In this document: one piece after another, positions 49,556-59,014 of the stretch
How positions within the stretch are numbered: position 1 is the stretch's first letter
How the letters are laid out: each line of letters starts with the position of its first letter
From: a virus
Virus record (IMG/VR): IMGVR_UViG_3300035698_013362
Coordinates: 1 to 64,000 of that record
DNA: 64,000 nucleotides
Reading direction: 5' to 3' (one strand)
The notes under the pieces: generated by a model
Seen by the model: only the letters and a program-made list of their open reading frames with translations
What the model was told of the DNA's origin: nothing
Databases searched by the model: none
Made by a program: the position numbers and the translations under genes

Positions 49556-51353
49556 AGTTGTCCCCACCATCTAATCCACTATAATTAAAGGACTCATTAT
49601 TTCTTGGAGTCATTATAAATGTATTTAAGTCTTTTGGTTTGTTATCTTTTGTTGCAACAAGTATCTCTTGCAAGAATGGAACTAAAGCGTTATAACTATC
49701 TGTGCCGCCACCACTCATTAATCTTTCACCTCTTGCTAACATTGCGTCAGTAGCTGCAGTTTCGAATATGTTAGGTAAAACAGAGGCATGTCGTTTCTTA
49801 ACAGCCATTCTTCTTGCTGCAACTTCCTCCGCTTTTCTTTTAGCAGCTTCTCTTGAAGCTCGGGTATTCTGGATGTATTCCAGTTGATCAGCAAGCTTCT
49901 TATCCCAATACATATCTTGAATCTTGCCAATTCCATTAGCAATTTTATCAGAGATGTCAAATTTACTATCTAGATATTGTCCAATCTTATATCCGGCTAC
50001 ACCTGCACCTGCAATAAGGGTACCTTTAGCTAATACTTTAAGAATACCTGGGGCCGCTGTAGATACAGCATTAGCAATTCCTGTACCTACACCTGATCCC
50101 ATTGCAGTACTTGCAAAATTACTTCCCTTTCCAGATTTTACATTAGATCCCTTAGCGTGGAATAGAGAACCATCTGCTCCTCTCATTCCTCCTTCATTAA
50201 ACATTTTCATAAGGATTTCATTACGATCCATGTCTAACTGGAACTGCTTATCTAATCTATTTTGTTGTTTATGCTGACTGAATTCATTACCTTTAGAATC
50301 ACGTTTGATCGCATTAGCTTTCTGTTTTCCTGAACGAGCAATAGACTTAGCAATAGCTTTAGCGATTACTCCACCTGCTTCACCATCCTTGAATAAATTC
50401 TCAGGCATGATACGTTCTAATAGGTCTTCACCTTTAGAATCAAATGTAAGGCTTTTAATACCCTTATTGATCTTACCAAGCATTCGATGCTTAGCCATAG
50501 CAAATCGTAACATATAGATTGGATCATTACCAACTGGGAATATGAATGAGTCAATAGGAACTTCAACTTTAGTTTGAAGAGGCTTCCATTTAGTAAGCTT
50601 AAATGACTTGTGAACAGGTCCAGGAGAAGGAGCTACAAAGGTGATGTTCTTAATACCTTTATTTACTTTAGTCAACATTCTGTGCTTGGCAAGATTATAA
50701 CGTAAAGAGAAGAATTTACTGTTCGTTGTTGGAAGAACAAATGAGTCAATAGGAACTTCAGCTTTAGTTTTTTCGATCTTAGTAAGTTTAAATGATTTGT
50801 GAGTTGGTGGAGTAACAAAGGTGATATTACTAATGCCCTTATTAACCTTAGACAAAAGTTTATGTTTTAGTAATCCATAACGAGCTGTATAAAATTTGCT
50901 GTTTGAAGTAGGGAACAACATCGTTGATAATGGAAGTTCATGCATATCGGTGAACTTCATTAAACCTACACCTTGCTCAAGACGACCTAAGGCCATCTGC
51001 TTCACTTTGTTGTAACGCTTCATAAATTTAGCATTACGTGAAGTATCATCATCGAACATATCAAATAATGACACACGGTTACGACTTGCTACCATTAAGC
51101 CAACAAGTTTATTAACACTTTCAAGGATTCGCAACTTACTTTTAGTGAATTTACGAGCAATCTTTTTATCTTCCTGTTCGGAAGTAGAAGGCATTAAAAG
51201 TTTATCTATGTCTAATTGGTACTCTACGACAGCTTTACGTGTAAGCTTTGCAACTTCACGATAAACCTTCTCGTACATTTTGCCCATTTTTTCATCGAAC
51301 TCTTGCGTTGCAGGAGAACGTGCTATTTGTCTGTTTTGAGAATCTAGAGCCAT
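49545..51353 (-). CDS. tape measure protein (gp29-like)
   Basis: 602 aa, helical repeats, Gly/Ala-rich hydrophobic segment; AATAAATA upstream; position. Confidence 0.65.
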   Translation of the reverse strand: MALDSQNRQIARSPATQEFDEKMGKMYEKVYREVAKLTRKAVVEYQLDIDKLLMPSTSEQEDKKIARKFTKSKLRILESVNKLVGLMVASRNRVSLFDMFDDDTSRNAKFMKRYNKVKQMALGRLEQGVGLMKFTDMHELPLSTMLFPTSNSKFYTARYGLLKHKLLSKVNKGISNITFVTPPTHKSFKLTKIEKTKAEVPIDSFVLPTTNSKFFSLRYNLAKHRMLTKVNKGIKNITFVAPSPGPVHKSFKLTKWKPLQTKVEVPIDSFIFPVGNDPIYMLRFAMAKHRMLGKINKGIKSLTFDSKGEDLLERIMPENLFKDGEAGGVIAKAIAKSIARSGKQKANAIKRDSKGNEFSQHKQQNRLDKQFQLDMDRNEILMKMFNEGGMRGADGSLFHAKGSNVKSGKGSNFASTAMGSGVGTGIANAVSTAAPGILKVLAKGTLIAGAGVAGYKIGQYLDSKFDISDKIANGIGKIQDMYWDKKLADQLEYIQNTRASREAAKRKAEEVAARRMAVKKRHASVLPNIFETAATDAMLARGERLMSGGGTDSYNALVPFLQEILVATKDNKPKDLNTFIMTPRNNESFNYSGLDGGDNYGK

Positions 51354-51381
51354 ATGTTTATTTATTCAAATACTGTATGAA

Positions 51382-51531
51382 TTAATCATACCATAGGCGT
51401 CTATATAGTTTCTTGACCCACCAACGGTATCTAGTAACTACCTGATTGGTTCTATCCTGCTTAACAACAAATGGATCCTCAAATCGAAGATCTAGATCAC
51501 GTTTGAAGTCTTTAATGATATTTTTATTCAT
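51382..51531 (-). CDS. small hypothetical protein (49 aa)
   Basis: MNKNIIKDFKRDLDLRFEDPF...RRLWYD. Confidence 0.4.
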   Translation of the reverse strand: MNKNIIKDFKRDLDLRFEDPFVVKQDRTNQVVTRYRWWVKKLYRRLWYD

Positions 51532-51706
51532 CTGCAGCCTGGGCCTTTGCCTGTTTATTGATTATTGAACATTGAAGCTCAAAATCTAGGATGGATACAT
51601 TACCTATATCAAATGGATTGAATTTCATTTGCAGAGAAAAAGAGGCGATCATCTCAAGTATGTAGAAAAGTCGCCCTCGGTCTTCTTCTCTTATAACATA
51701 AAAAAA
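51524..51706 (-). CDS. gp51-like frame, probably reached by -1 frameshift from gp26
   Basis: Open -1 frame FFYVIREEDRGRLFYILEMIASFSLQMKFNPFDIGNVSILDFELQCSIINKQAKAQAADE starting at the T7 run. Confidence 0.65.
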   Translation of the reverse strand, partial: FFYVIREEDRGRLFYILEMIASFSLQMKFNPFDIGNVSILDFELQCSIINKQAKAQAADE

Positions 51707-52494
51707 TCAGAGGTATCCATGAATGTATTGATAGGCTCACCACAGTTAGGGCATGGAATATCGTAGAAGAATCTAGAGGTGATGAGGCCAATATCTTCAA
51801 AGAATGAAGCAAGTGATTCAATATTAGCAGAAATATTCTGAATGAACTCGATCTTTTCCATGAAGGCTTTATCAGCAAAGTCATCTACAAGTTCCCATTC
51901 GCCTTCTTCATTTTTGAAGGACATATCCTGGATACAGCAAATAACGTAGTCAATATATTTTTCGGCTGGAGTAACATCACGGGTCTGAGCAACACGTGAG
52001 TAATACATTTCAAGCATGATCAAATCAAGTTGTCTTGGTAAGCCAAGTTTAACTTGCGCTGTGCCTGCTGTAGTTTCAAGCTCTTCTAATTTGAAGGTCT
52101 TATCAAATTCAGTAGCAGATTCAATAAGTCGATCGAAGTCGACCTTCTCCTGGAATGCTTCGGTACACTTAGGACATTGGTAATTTACAATGAACTCATT
52201 GATGTAGTTCTCTTTACGTAGAGCACAACACAAAATGAAGAAATCACGAACATCGATTGATTCGAGTTCAACTGGAGAAAGAGAATTTGTTTCTACCAAG
52301 GCTATCTTGGCAAGGTCTGCTTCAGACGCAAAAACCATACGGTTATCATCAATAGCTAGCTTAGAAATAATCTTCTGATCATTTACACTAAGATGTTTGA
52401 TACGTAGTTCTTTATCTAGAGAAGGTAGGTTAACAACGAAGTAGCCGGCGCCCTCTTTATTAGGGATGTTTTTTAGGATTTCAGATGTATTCAT
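51691..52494 (-). CDS. 26: baseplate hub assembly protein gp26-like
   Basis: VNLPS..LRIKHLSVNDQK, YQCPKC, IPCPNCG...SDFF. Confidence 0.8.
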   Translation of the reverse strand: MNTSEILKNIPNKEGAGYFVVNLPSLDKELRIKHLSVNDQKIISKLAIDDNRMVFASEADLAKIALVETNSLSPVELESIDVRDFFILCCALRKENYINEFIVNYQCPKCTEAFQEKVDFDRLIESATEFDKTFKLEELETTAGTAQVKLGLPRQLDLIMLEMYYSRVAQTRDVTPAEKYIDYVICCIQDMSFKNEEGEWELVDDFADKAFMEKIEFIQNISANIESLASFFEDIGLITSRFFYDIPCPNCGEPINTFMDTSDFFML

Positions 52495-52499
52495 ATTGT

Positions 52500-52958
52500 T
52501 TACTTGACAGGGATGGCTTTATCAATATCTAATTTAGAAAGCCCAGCTCTTTTCGCAATACGACCGATTGCTGATCCTAAAATTTTCGCAAATTTTATTG
52601 AAGTGGACTTTGTTCCCTTTGCAAGTTTCTTTGATAGTATCTTAGAACTACTTGGACCGAATTCATCTTCGATGTCCTTAGCGTCTCTAAGATTCTCATA
52701 TGCATACTTTCTGATTTCTAGAGGGTTTAAAGAGCCTTGATGCTCGGCTGAACCCCATGTAAAAATAGCTGTTAAATAATGAATAAGTTTAGGCTTGTTG
52801 CCCATGATAACGTCGGCAGCACGTAATACCATTCCACTGATTACTAGAGTAGCAATAGCTGTCCCTATAATCTCGTCGAGCTGTTCAATTTCTTTTAGAA
52901 TCTGTTCTTCTTTTTCACTGATTAGGCATTCATTATATGATTCGAAAATTGCGTCCAT
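52500..52958 (-). CDS. putative internal head protein (IFESY leader)
   Basis: MDAIFESY...QLDE, then hydrophobic helix. Confidence 0.65.
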   Translation of the reverse strand: MDAIFESYNECLISEKEEQILKEIEQLDEIIGTAIATLVISGMVLRAADVIMGNKPKLIHYLTAIFTWGSAEHQGSLNPLEIRKYAYENLRDAKDIEDEFGPSSSKILSKKLAKGTKSTSIKFAKILGSAIGRIAKRAGLSKLDIDKAIPVK

Positions 52959-52968
52959 TGTATTATCC

Positions 52969-53808
52969 TTAAATTATGCTTTTAACTTTGTCACCGATTT
53001 GGCGTATTGGGGTAAGGTATTTAGTATCCATTAAGCTCTTAGCACCTGAAACGAGAGGGTTCCCAAATACTTCCATTTTATTAAATTTGAAGCCAACTGA
53101 TCTATTGTCCATTGCTACTTCATGAGAAAGGTTTGGGGTATCACAGAAAACTGGATAAACCCCACTTAGTTTATATGTGTACTTAACATTGGCTTCATCT
53201 AAGAGTGCTCCTAGACCAAATAAGCCATCACTATTACTGTTCTCGTTATATACATGGATGAAGACGTTTGCACGCCTAAAAGGTACGTTCTGTCTGGAGT
53301 GTGTACTCATTACTTCTTCCATCCAAGGATGAAAATATCCTTCGATTGGAGATTCAACAGTACTAAGTAAATCTAAAGAGAATGAATCAGATTCAGGTTC
53401 GATAGTTCCCATACCTGGACAATTCCATGTACTGAAGCTATTTGATTCAGAGCTAATTGATACACTATTACCATCTGATGTTTTTAAATTCGGAAGATTA
53501 ATCCCTTTTACAAGGAATGGAATATCCTGTACTGGGTAACGAGAGATATAGTTTTTTTCAAGACCGATTTCTTTACTTATCAAAGAGAGTCCTGTTGTAA
53601 GAGCCGATCCAGCAGTTCCTAAACCAAATAGATCGGCTTTATCAAGAGCAGCATTACCATCCTTACCAGCCTTACCAAAAAGACTATCCCCACCTAAGCT
53701 ATTATTTGGGAATGAAAATGTAATAGAGAAAAACCGACCAGTTGATAAAGTAAACTTATCATCACCTGATCCGAATTTTTGATAGAATTGTGCTAGTTTA
53801 TTGCTCAT
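52969..53808 (-). CDS. tail tube-like/baseplate tube initiator (gp54-like)
   Basis: VKGINLP, YFHPWME, YKLSGVYPV, VGFKF; GATAAATA upstream. Confidence 0.65.
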   Translation of the reverse strand: MSNKLAQFYQKFGSGDDKFTLSTGRFFSITFSFPNNSLGGDSLFGKAGKDGNAALDKADLFGLGTAGSALTTGLSLISKEIGLEKNYISRYPVQDIPFLVKGINLPNLKTSDGNSVSISSESNSFSTWNCPGMGTIEPESDSFSLDLLSTVESPIEGYFHPWMEEVMSTHSRQNVPFRRANVFIHVYNENSNSDGLFGLGALLDEANVKYTYKLSGVYPVFCDTPNLSHEVAMDNRSVGFKFNKMEVFGNPLVSGAKSLMDTKYLTPIRQIGDKVKSII

Positions 53809-53817
53809 TTATGTTAT

Positions 53818-54948
53818 TTATCGCAATAACATCTCTATCTTACGCATTAACTCATAGTCTTTGATATTTGAAATTGTGTTGATTATATTTTCACGGAGCT
53901 CAGCATACTGCTCGTCCATCATAAGAGGGATTTTAATAACTTCATCACCTTCAGTAAATGATGTCAACTTGGAATATGAAGCACAGAATTTAGATCGAGC
54001 CCTTCCTTGTTCTCTTTCAATAATTCTGAAACAGTGTTCAAGGACAAGTGATTCTTTAATAGCATTAGTTTTGTGTATACAAAGTTCGTTTTTCTTATTT
54101 ATGTATGACACAACAAATTGAACTGAATTATCAAGGTTTGTAGTGAACTCAAGCAACTCATCTTTATAAGCAAGAAGGTCTTTAATATCTTTGAAACTAC
54201 AACGCTCTTTATATGTGTCACGGTCCATTCGATATAAAGTTGATAAGATCAATGCAGAGGTCTTAATCGAATTAGAGTTCCTGTACGCTTCTGAGACGGT
54301 ATGCCTTGATGATGATGATTTAACTGAGATAAGGTCATCACCGCTACCTAGGTCATATCCTGGGTATTCCATTGAATCAGAGTTTAAATTACCAGCTTCA
54401 TATAGATATTCAGCTATTCTTTCAATGAATCCAGCAAACTTCTGTTTATCTGAAATAGCTTCTTTGATTTGAGCATCAAGGAACAATTTAGCTTCTGAAT
54501 TGTTTGTGCCATCTTTGACTGCTTGAATTGATTCCTTTAGTTGGTCTTGGGATATAGCCGTTTCTATCATAGTGATTGCAATGTCACTGCCTTCATTATG
54601 AAGAGCGGTAAATACACCGAGCTCTTCCTTATCAAATTGAGAAATCTTAGCGAAGGCTTCGTTTACTGATTTCTTAAACCTACGCTTCTGTTGGTGGTAT
54701 GTATTAAATGGCACAGTTCCAGGCTTCACGTCTGAATAACTGATACCACCCGATGGATTTTCTTCGGTCTTGATTGAAAGCATTCTTTTCAAAACTCCTG
54801 TTAATAATTTATAGAATTCTTCAGAGCCATCTTGTACATCAGGATAATCGTCTGTGACTAATGATTTAGCCTTATTCCAAAGCCCTTCTACTTCAGCTTC
54901 GGTACGATTGGTGCGTTTAGCAAATGACTTGACTATGTTGTTTGGCAT
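53818..54948 (-). CDS. late protein with helical N-terminal module and putative PD-(D/E)XK-like domain
   Basis: MPNNIVKSFAK...LWNKAK; GFIE...NLN...YPGYDL...ISVKS. Confidence 0.6.
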   Translation of the reverse strand: MPNNIVKSFAKRTNRTEAEVEGLWNKAKSLVTDDYPDVQDGSEEFYKLLTGVLKRMLSIKTEENPSGGISYSDVKPGTVPFNTYHQQKRRFKKSVNEAFAKISQFDKEELGVFTALHNEGSDIAITMIETAISQDQLKESIQAVKDGTNNSEAKLFLDAQIKEAISDKQKFAGFIERIAEYLYEAGNLNSDSMEYPGYDLGSGDDLISVKSSSSRHTVSEAYRNSNSIKTSALILSTLYRMDRDTYKERCSFKDIKDLLAYKDELLEFTTNLDNSVQFVVSYINKKNELCIHKTNAIKESLVLEHCFRIIEREQGRARSKFCASYSKLTSFTEGDEVIKIPLMMDEQYAELRENIINTISNIKDYELMRKIEMLLR

Positions 54949-55259
54949 TATTTGATTAGAATATCGTTAGCGTCGGCTACTGTGTAGATCGAGTTGATTA
55001 AATCATCGACCTTTAGTGGATCTTCTTCTTGTTTGATCTTACCTAAAATCGTAGTTAGGGAATCAATCGTTGAGTCCTTCAAATCTTCCTTCTTTATGAA
55101 GGAATTTATGCGGGAGGAGATTTGTGCTTTAGCATGGTTAAACTCAATCTTATGATCTTGATAATTTGAGAATATATCGGTTAATCTAAGAGTGAATTTT
55201 GGACCTGCTTTTTCTCTAATTTCTTTTGTAACTTGTTCAGAAAGGTTAAATAGTCTCAT
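54948..55259 (-). CDS. small late protein
   Basis: AATAAATA upstream; MRLFNLSE leader. Confidence 0.65.
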   Translation of the reverse strand: MRLFNLSEQVTKEIREKAGPKFTLRLTDIFSNYQDHKIEFNHAKAQISSRINSFIKKEDLKDSTIDSLTTILGKIKQEEDPLKVDDLINSIYTVADANDILIK

Positions 55260-55267
55260 GCAACTAT

Positions 55268-55585
55268 TTATTGCATGCCCATTGTGATATAGTTTTCAGG
55301 GCGTGAATCGCCGTATGAATCTTTATATCCATTCAAGTATACAACAGCAACTTCGGATTTCTTCAATTTAGATTTGAACATCCATACACCTTCGATGTTA
55401 GGATCCATAGTAGGCTTTTGACCTTTGAATTCTTTATCATATATTGCTGGATCAAGCTCATCATGCATCATGGCAAGATCATGAAAGGCTTTGGCAGCGC
55501 CTTTGGCATTATCTTTATATTACTTTTTGGTTACATTAGCTGATTCAACTAAACATTGCTGATATGATTCGAAAATTGGGTCCAT
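55268..55585 (-). pseudogene. putative internal head protein with nonsense codon
   Basis: MDPIFESYQQCLVESANVTKK, TAA 55520-55522, then in frame with ORF 55268..55471. Confidence 0.7.
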
Positions 55586-55586
55586 A

Positions 55587-55880
55587 TTATCCTTTATTAA
55601 TTATGTTAATTATATCATTTTTAATTTTTATAAGTTCGTCGAATCCTTTCTTGGCATTCAGCAAGATTTTTATTGACTGTTTAAGCACAGTGTTATAGTC
55701 GTCTGCTACTTCCTCTGGAGTTTTAGGGCCAGAGCGAGATCCGATGCTGCGCTTACGGTGTTCAATAGTAGCTTCTAAGTTAAATATAACGCTTTCAAGA
55801 TCTGCTAATGGATCTGTCCGTTTTTCATCTAATTTCTTAGGCTCATTTGATTTCTGGTATGATTCGTAAATTGTGTCCAT
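55587..55880 (-). CDS. putative internal head protein (IYESY leader)
   Basis: MDTIYESY...KLDE. Confidence 0.65.
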   Translation of the reverse strand: MDTIYESYQKSNEPKKLDEKRTDPLADLESVIFNLEATIEHRKRSIGSRSGPKTPEEVADDYNTVLKQSIKILLNAKKGFDELIKIKNDIINIINKG

Positions 55881-55881
55881 A

Positions 55882-56625
55882 TTATACTCCTACTATGAAT
55901 GCCGGTGGCATCATATTTTGAATTTCTTCCATTACTGCTAATTCCTCTTCTTCACCTTTTTCACCAATACCTTCGTTGATATTAGCTCCAGCGAATAAAG
56001 GAACATTTTGGAACGTGCCACGCACAGCTCCTAAGATTTGTTTAACATAAGCAAGAGCAAGCTTCTTAACGAGGCGTTCTCCATAAATTTGATCTTCTGG
56101 ACGAACAACATAAACCCCAGTCACAACCCAGTTACTTTTTTCACCATCAGTTACAGGTTCAGGTAGAAGTTTAAGCATTTTGGTACGTTCATTGAAGTTC
56201 CAGCGATATCCTCCACCAAGCATAGTACGAGTCATTTTAAGACTCTGCTGAGCAATTTCATAATCAACCCACTGTCCACCTTGACTGCGAGTCATTGGGA
56301 ACGAACGGTTGTTCATCATTTGGTTAGGAACAGTAAATAGAGTGTTGACACTTCCTGCTACACCTTCATCAGATAAGCTAAAGATACCACTAACAGTATC
56401 GTCAAGTTTAACTCCAGTTCCAACCACATAATCGGTAAGCTCAACTCCTAGGTAATCCTCGTCGTAAGTAACGAATTCTGTAAATACCTCAAGAGCGTCG
56501 TCGATGCACTGCTTGATCATATCATCATCGACTTCTACTTGAATAAGAGGGTAAGCCAAACGACGTTTGATCCAAGAGACTAGATCGGCGTAATTTTGAA
56601 TTTGAAATTTTGCATAAGTTGCCAT
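55882..56625 (-). CDS. 13: neck protein gp13
   Basis: WIKRRLAYPLIQVEVDDDMIKQCIDDALE, VKKLALAYVK; CATAAATA upstream. Confidence 0.9.
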   Translation of the reverse strand: MATYAKFQIQNYADLVSWIKRRLAYPLIQVEVDDDMIKQCIDDALEVFTEFVTYDEDYLGVELTDYVVGTGVKLDDTVSGIFSLSDEGVAGSVNTLFTVPNQMMNNRSFPMTRSQGGQWVDYEIAQQSLKMTRTMLGGGYRWNFNERTKMLKLLPEPVTDGEKSNWVVTGVYVVRPEDQIYGERLVKKLALAYVKQILGAVRGTFQNVPLFAGANINEGIGEKGEEEELAVMEEIQNMMPPAFIVGV

Positions 56626-56826
56626 ATCATTATTTATGTCGGAGACCCTTTGAAACTTTTTGCCATGGTGTCATAAATTTTAAAAGAAAAGGTTCTATAA
56701 TAATTAAAAACAAAAATTCCTGTTTTAATTGAATGGGCTAAGCTAAAGTATATAAAGATTACCTGCCCTAATTTCCCAGATATTACACCTAACTATAAAC
56801 CACTTTCAATTATTCTATTATACTAT

Positions 56827-57237
56827 ATGAACAGAGATGATCTATTACCTGAAAGAATGAAGCTTCTTAATAACGAAGCTCTTGAAGATTTCCGTATTGA
56901 AGACTTTAATCTTAAAGAGAAAACGTTTGAGGCTCCTAACGTTAAGATCAAATGGATTCGTATTCTTGCTGAAGAGCAACGTCTCTTAGCAGTCCTTGAT
57001 GAGAAGACTGAAGAAGTTAAAGCAGCTATCATGAAAGAACGATTCAGCATGCAATCAGTTAATCAATTCAAAAAAGAACTTGAACTTGATAAAGCTCCTG
57101 AAATGGTTAAGATGAAGAAAGCTATTTCATCTCAGAGAGATATTATTCGTTTTGTTGAAGGCATCGTTAAAGTAGCTCATGGATATGGGTTCGATATTAA
57201 GAATTGTGTAGACATTGTAAAATTAGAGAACTCATAA
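56827..57237 (+). CDS. uvsY: recombination mediator UvsY
   Basis: EDFRIE..NL.E...P..KW, GFDIKN; upstream of UvsW. Confidence 0.8.
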   Translation: MNRDDLLPERMKLLNNEALEDFRIEDFNLKEKTFEAPNVKIKWIRILAEEQRLLAVLDEKTEEVKAAIMKERFSMQSVNQFKKELELDKAPEMVKMKKAISSQRDIIRFVEGIVKVAHGYGFDIKNCVDIVKLENS

Positions 57238-57467
57238 TGGATTTTTGGATAGATGGTGTATGTGAATGTGGGTATAAAGTAATAGAAGGCCCTAGTAAAG
57301 TCAAAGACTATGTGAATTTCTGTAGTAACGAATCATGTGAGCATCATGTTCTCCACGATATATTTGATATGGAAGAACTTGAATACTATAAACATGAATA
57401 TCCATATTCAGCTCTTCGTAAAGAAAATGAAAAGTTTAATGAAATATTTGACAAGTTATCACTGTGA
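57237..57467 (+). CDS. small zinc-binding hypothetical protein
   Basis: CECG...CSNESCEH; TAATG coupling. Confidence 0.6.
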   Translation: MDFWIDGVCECGYKVIEGPSKVKDYVNFCSNESCEHHVLHDIFDMEELEYYKHEYPYSALRKENEKFNEIFDKLSL

Positions 57468-58891
57468 TCAAAATAGTCTATAACAACAAAATCCGTGGCC
57501 AGATTAAACATGACAACCAAGCTCAATTCGATGAGCTTTATGGTAAGTTATGCTATCAACACACTAAATTTGGAGCTAATCGAACTCATGAAGTAGAAAC
57601 AGTGTGTCCTATTTCACCAGTAGGGTCTTTTTCTGCTGGCATTGCATTAGATTTGAAACGTCTTGAGCCCGATATAGAAATAGATAAGAAATTTACAGAC
57701 TTTCATTTTCCTTACATCTTTTTTAATCGACTTGATGGAAATTTAAAGCAACCGCTCAATAAACCGTGGAAGTATCGTTCTTATCAGGAAGATGCCATCA
57801 GGGAGGCTTCCTTGTTTGGCAGAGGCATAATCGACTCCCCGACGGGCAGTGGTAAATCCATCATAATGTATGGAATCATCACGAACTTAGTCCAAATGAG
57901 CGAAGGTCGTGTTCTTATTTTAGTTCCGAGTCCATCTCTTGTAACTCAGCTTGCTGGTGATTTCACTAAATATGGATTAGAAGACTTCGGCACATATACT
58001 TCAAGTACTCAAGCTTTCCCGGATGCCCAGGTCGTTATTACATCTAGGACTGTAATGAATAAGAAGGGGTTAGCTGCTTTACCTAAGATTTCACATCTCA
58101 TGATCGATGAAGTCCATAAGCTTATTCCTAAGAGTGCATATGAACGAGTTGTAAAAACTTGTGCTACCCCATCTATTTTTGGATTTACTGCTACAATGCC
58201 TGATGACCCTAAAGAAATGTGGTACATCAAAGGGATGGTAGGTCCAGTAATATTCAAAGAGCACACTTATGTTCTCCAGGAACAGAACTATCTTGCCAAA
58301 GTGAATATCGTATCATTCAAGTTCATCCATAAGAATAAACCTCTTTATATTGTAGAGCCAACCTATGATATGGGTGAACATCCAACTAAAATGTATTCAG
58401 ATGAATATCATTACTTGGAAGGTCGGCTTGATACAATTGAAACGATTGCTAATGTTGTTGCTCAGCTCAAAGGCAACACAATGATCTTATTTGATCACAC
58501 GTCGCACGGGCAGGCGTTATATAAAGCTATTAAAGGGAATAAGGTATTTGTTGATGGTAAGATATCAATGGATGAACGTGAAGATGTTAAAGCTGCTCTA
58601 GAGAAATCAAATGATCTGACTTTAGTTGCTCAGAGTACATGTTTTGGTACAGGTATTTCGATTAACAACATCCAGAACTTAATCATTTGTTCTCATAGTA
58701 AGCGTATGTCTAAGATCATTCAGCAAGTAGGTCGTTCACTTCGTAAAATGGTTGATGGTGATGAATATGTAATGTTCTTTGATTTCCATCATAACTTTAA
58801 ATATAGTGAACGACACTTCTATGAGCGTGTAAAGCTTTACAAGAAGTTCTATAATAAGTCATATGACAAACGTGTAGTAATAGAGATTTAA
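57464..58891 (+). CDS. uvsW: SF2 DNA helicase UvsW
   Basis: RSYQ, SPTGSGKS, DEVH, GFTAT, FGTGISI, QQVGRSLR. Confidence 0.95.
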   Translation: MIKIVYNNKIRGQIKHDNQAQFDELYGKLCYQHTKFGANRTHEVETVCPISPVGSFSAGIALDLKRLEPDIEIDKKFTDFHFPYIFFNRLDGNLKQPLNKPWKYRSYQEDAIREASLFGRGIIDSPTGSGKSIIMYGIITNLVQMSEGRVLILVPSPSLVTQLAGDFTKYGLEDFGTYTSSTQAFPDAQVVITSRTVMNKKGLAALPKISHLMIDEVHKLIPKSAYERVVKTCATPSIFGFTATMPDDPKEMWYIKGMVGPVIFKEHTYVLQEQNYLAKVNIVSFKFIHKNKPLYIVEPTYDMGEHPTKMYSDEYHYLEGRLDTIETIANVVAQLKGNTMILFDHTSHGQALYKAIKGNKVFVDGKISMDEREDVKAALEKSNDLTLVAQSTCFGTGISINNIQNLIICSHSKRMSKIIQQVGRSLRKMVDGDEYVMFFDFHHNFKYSERHFYERVKLYKKFYNKSYDKRVVIEI

Positions 58892-58909
58892 ACTCCTCCT
58901 CCTGATAAG

Positions 58910-58944
58910 AAAAAATGCAATCATTAATTTGATTGCATTTTTTT
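58910..58944 (+). terminator. rho-independent terminator
   Basis: AAAAAATGCAATCA-TTAATT-TGATTGCATTTTTTT. Confidence 0.8.
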
Positions 58945-58954
58945 CACTTTCCAT

Positions 58955-58989
58955 TATACAAACGAAATATCGTTGTGTATACTCTACTC
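58955..58989 (+). promoter_or_regulatory. early promoter
   Basis: TATACA-N17-TATACT-CTACTC. Confidence 0.82.
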
Positions 58990-59014
58990 CTAATCAGCAA
59001 CAAGGAGATACACA

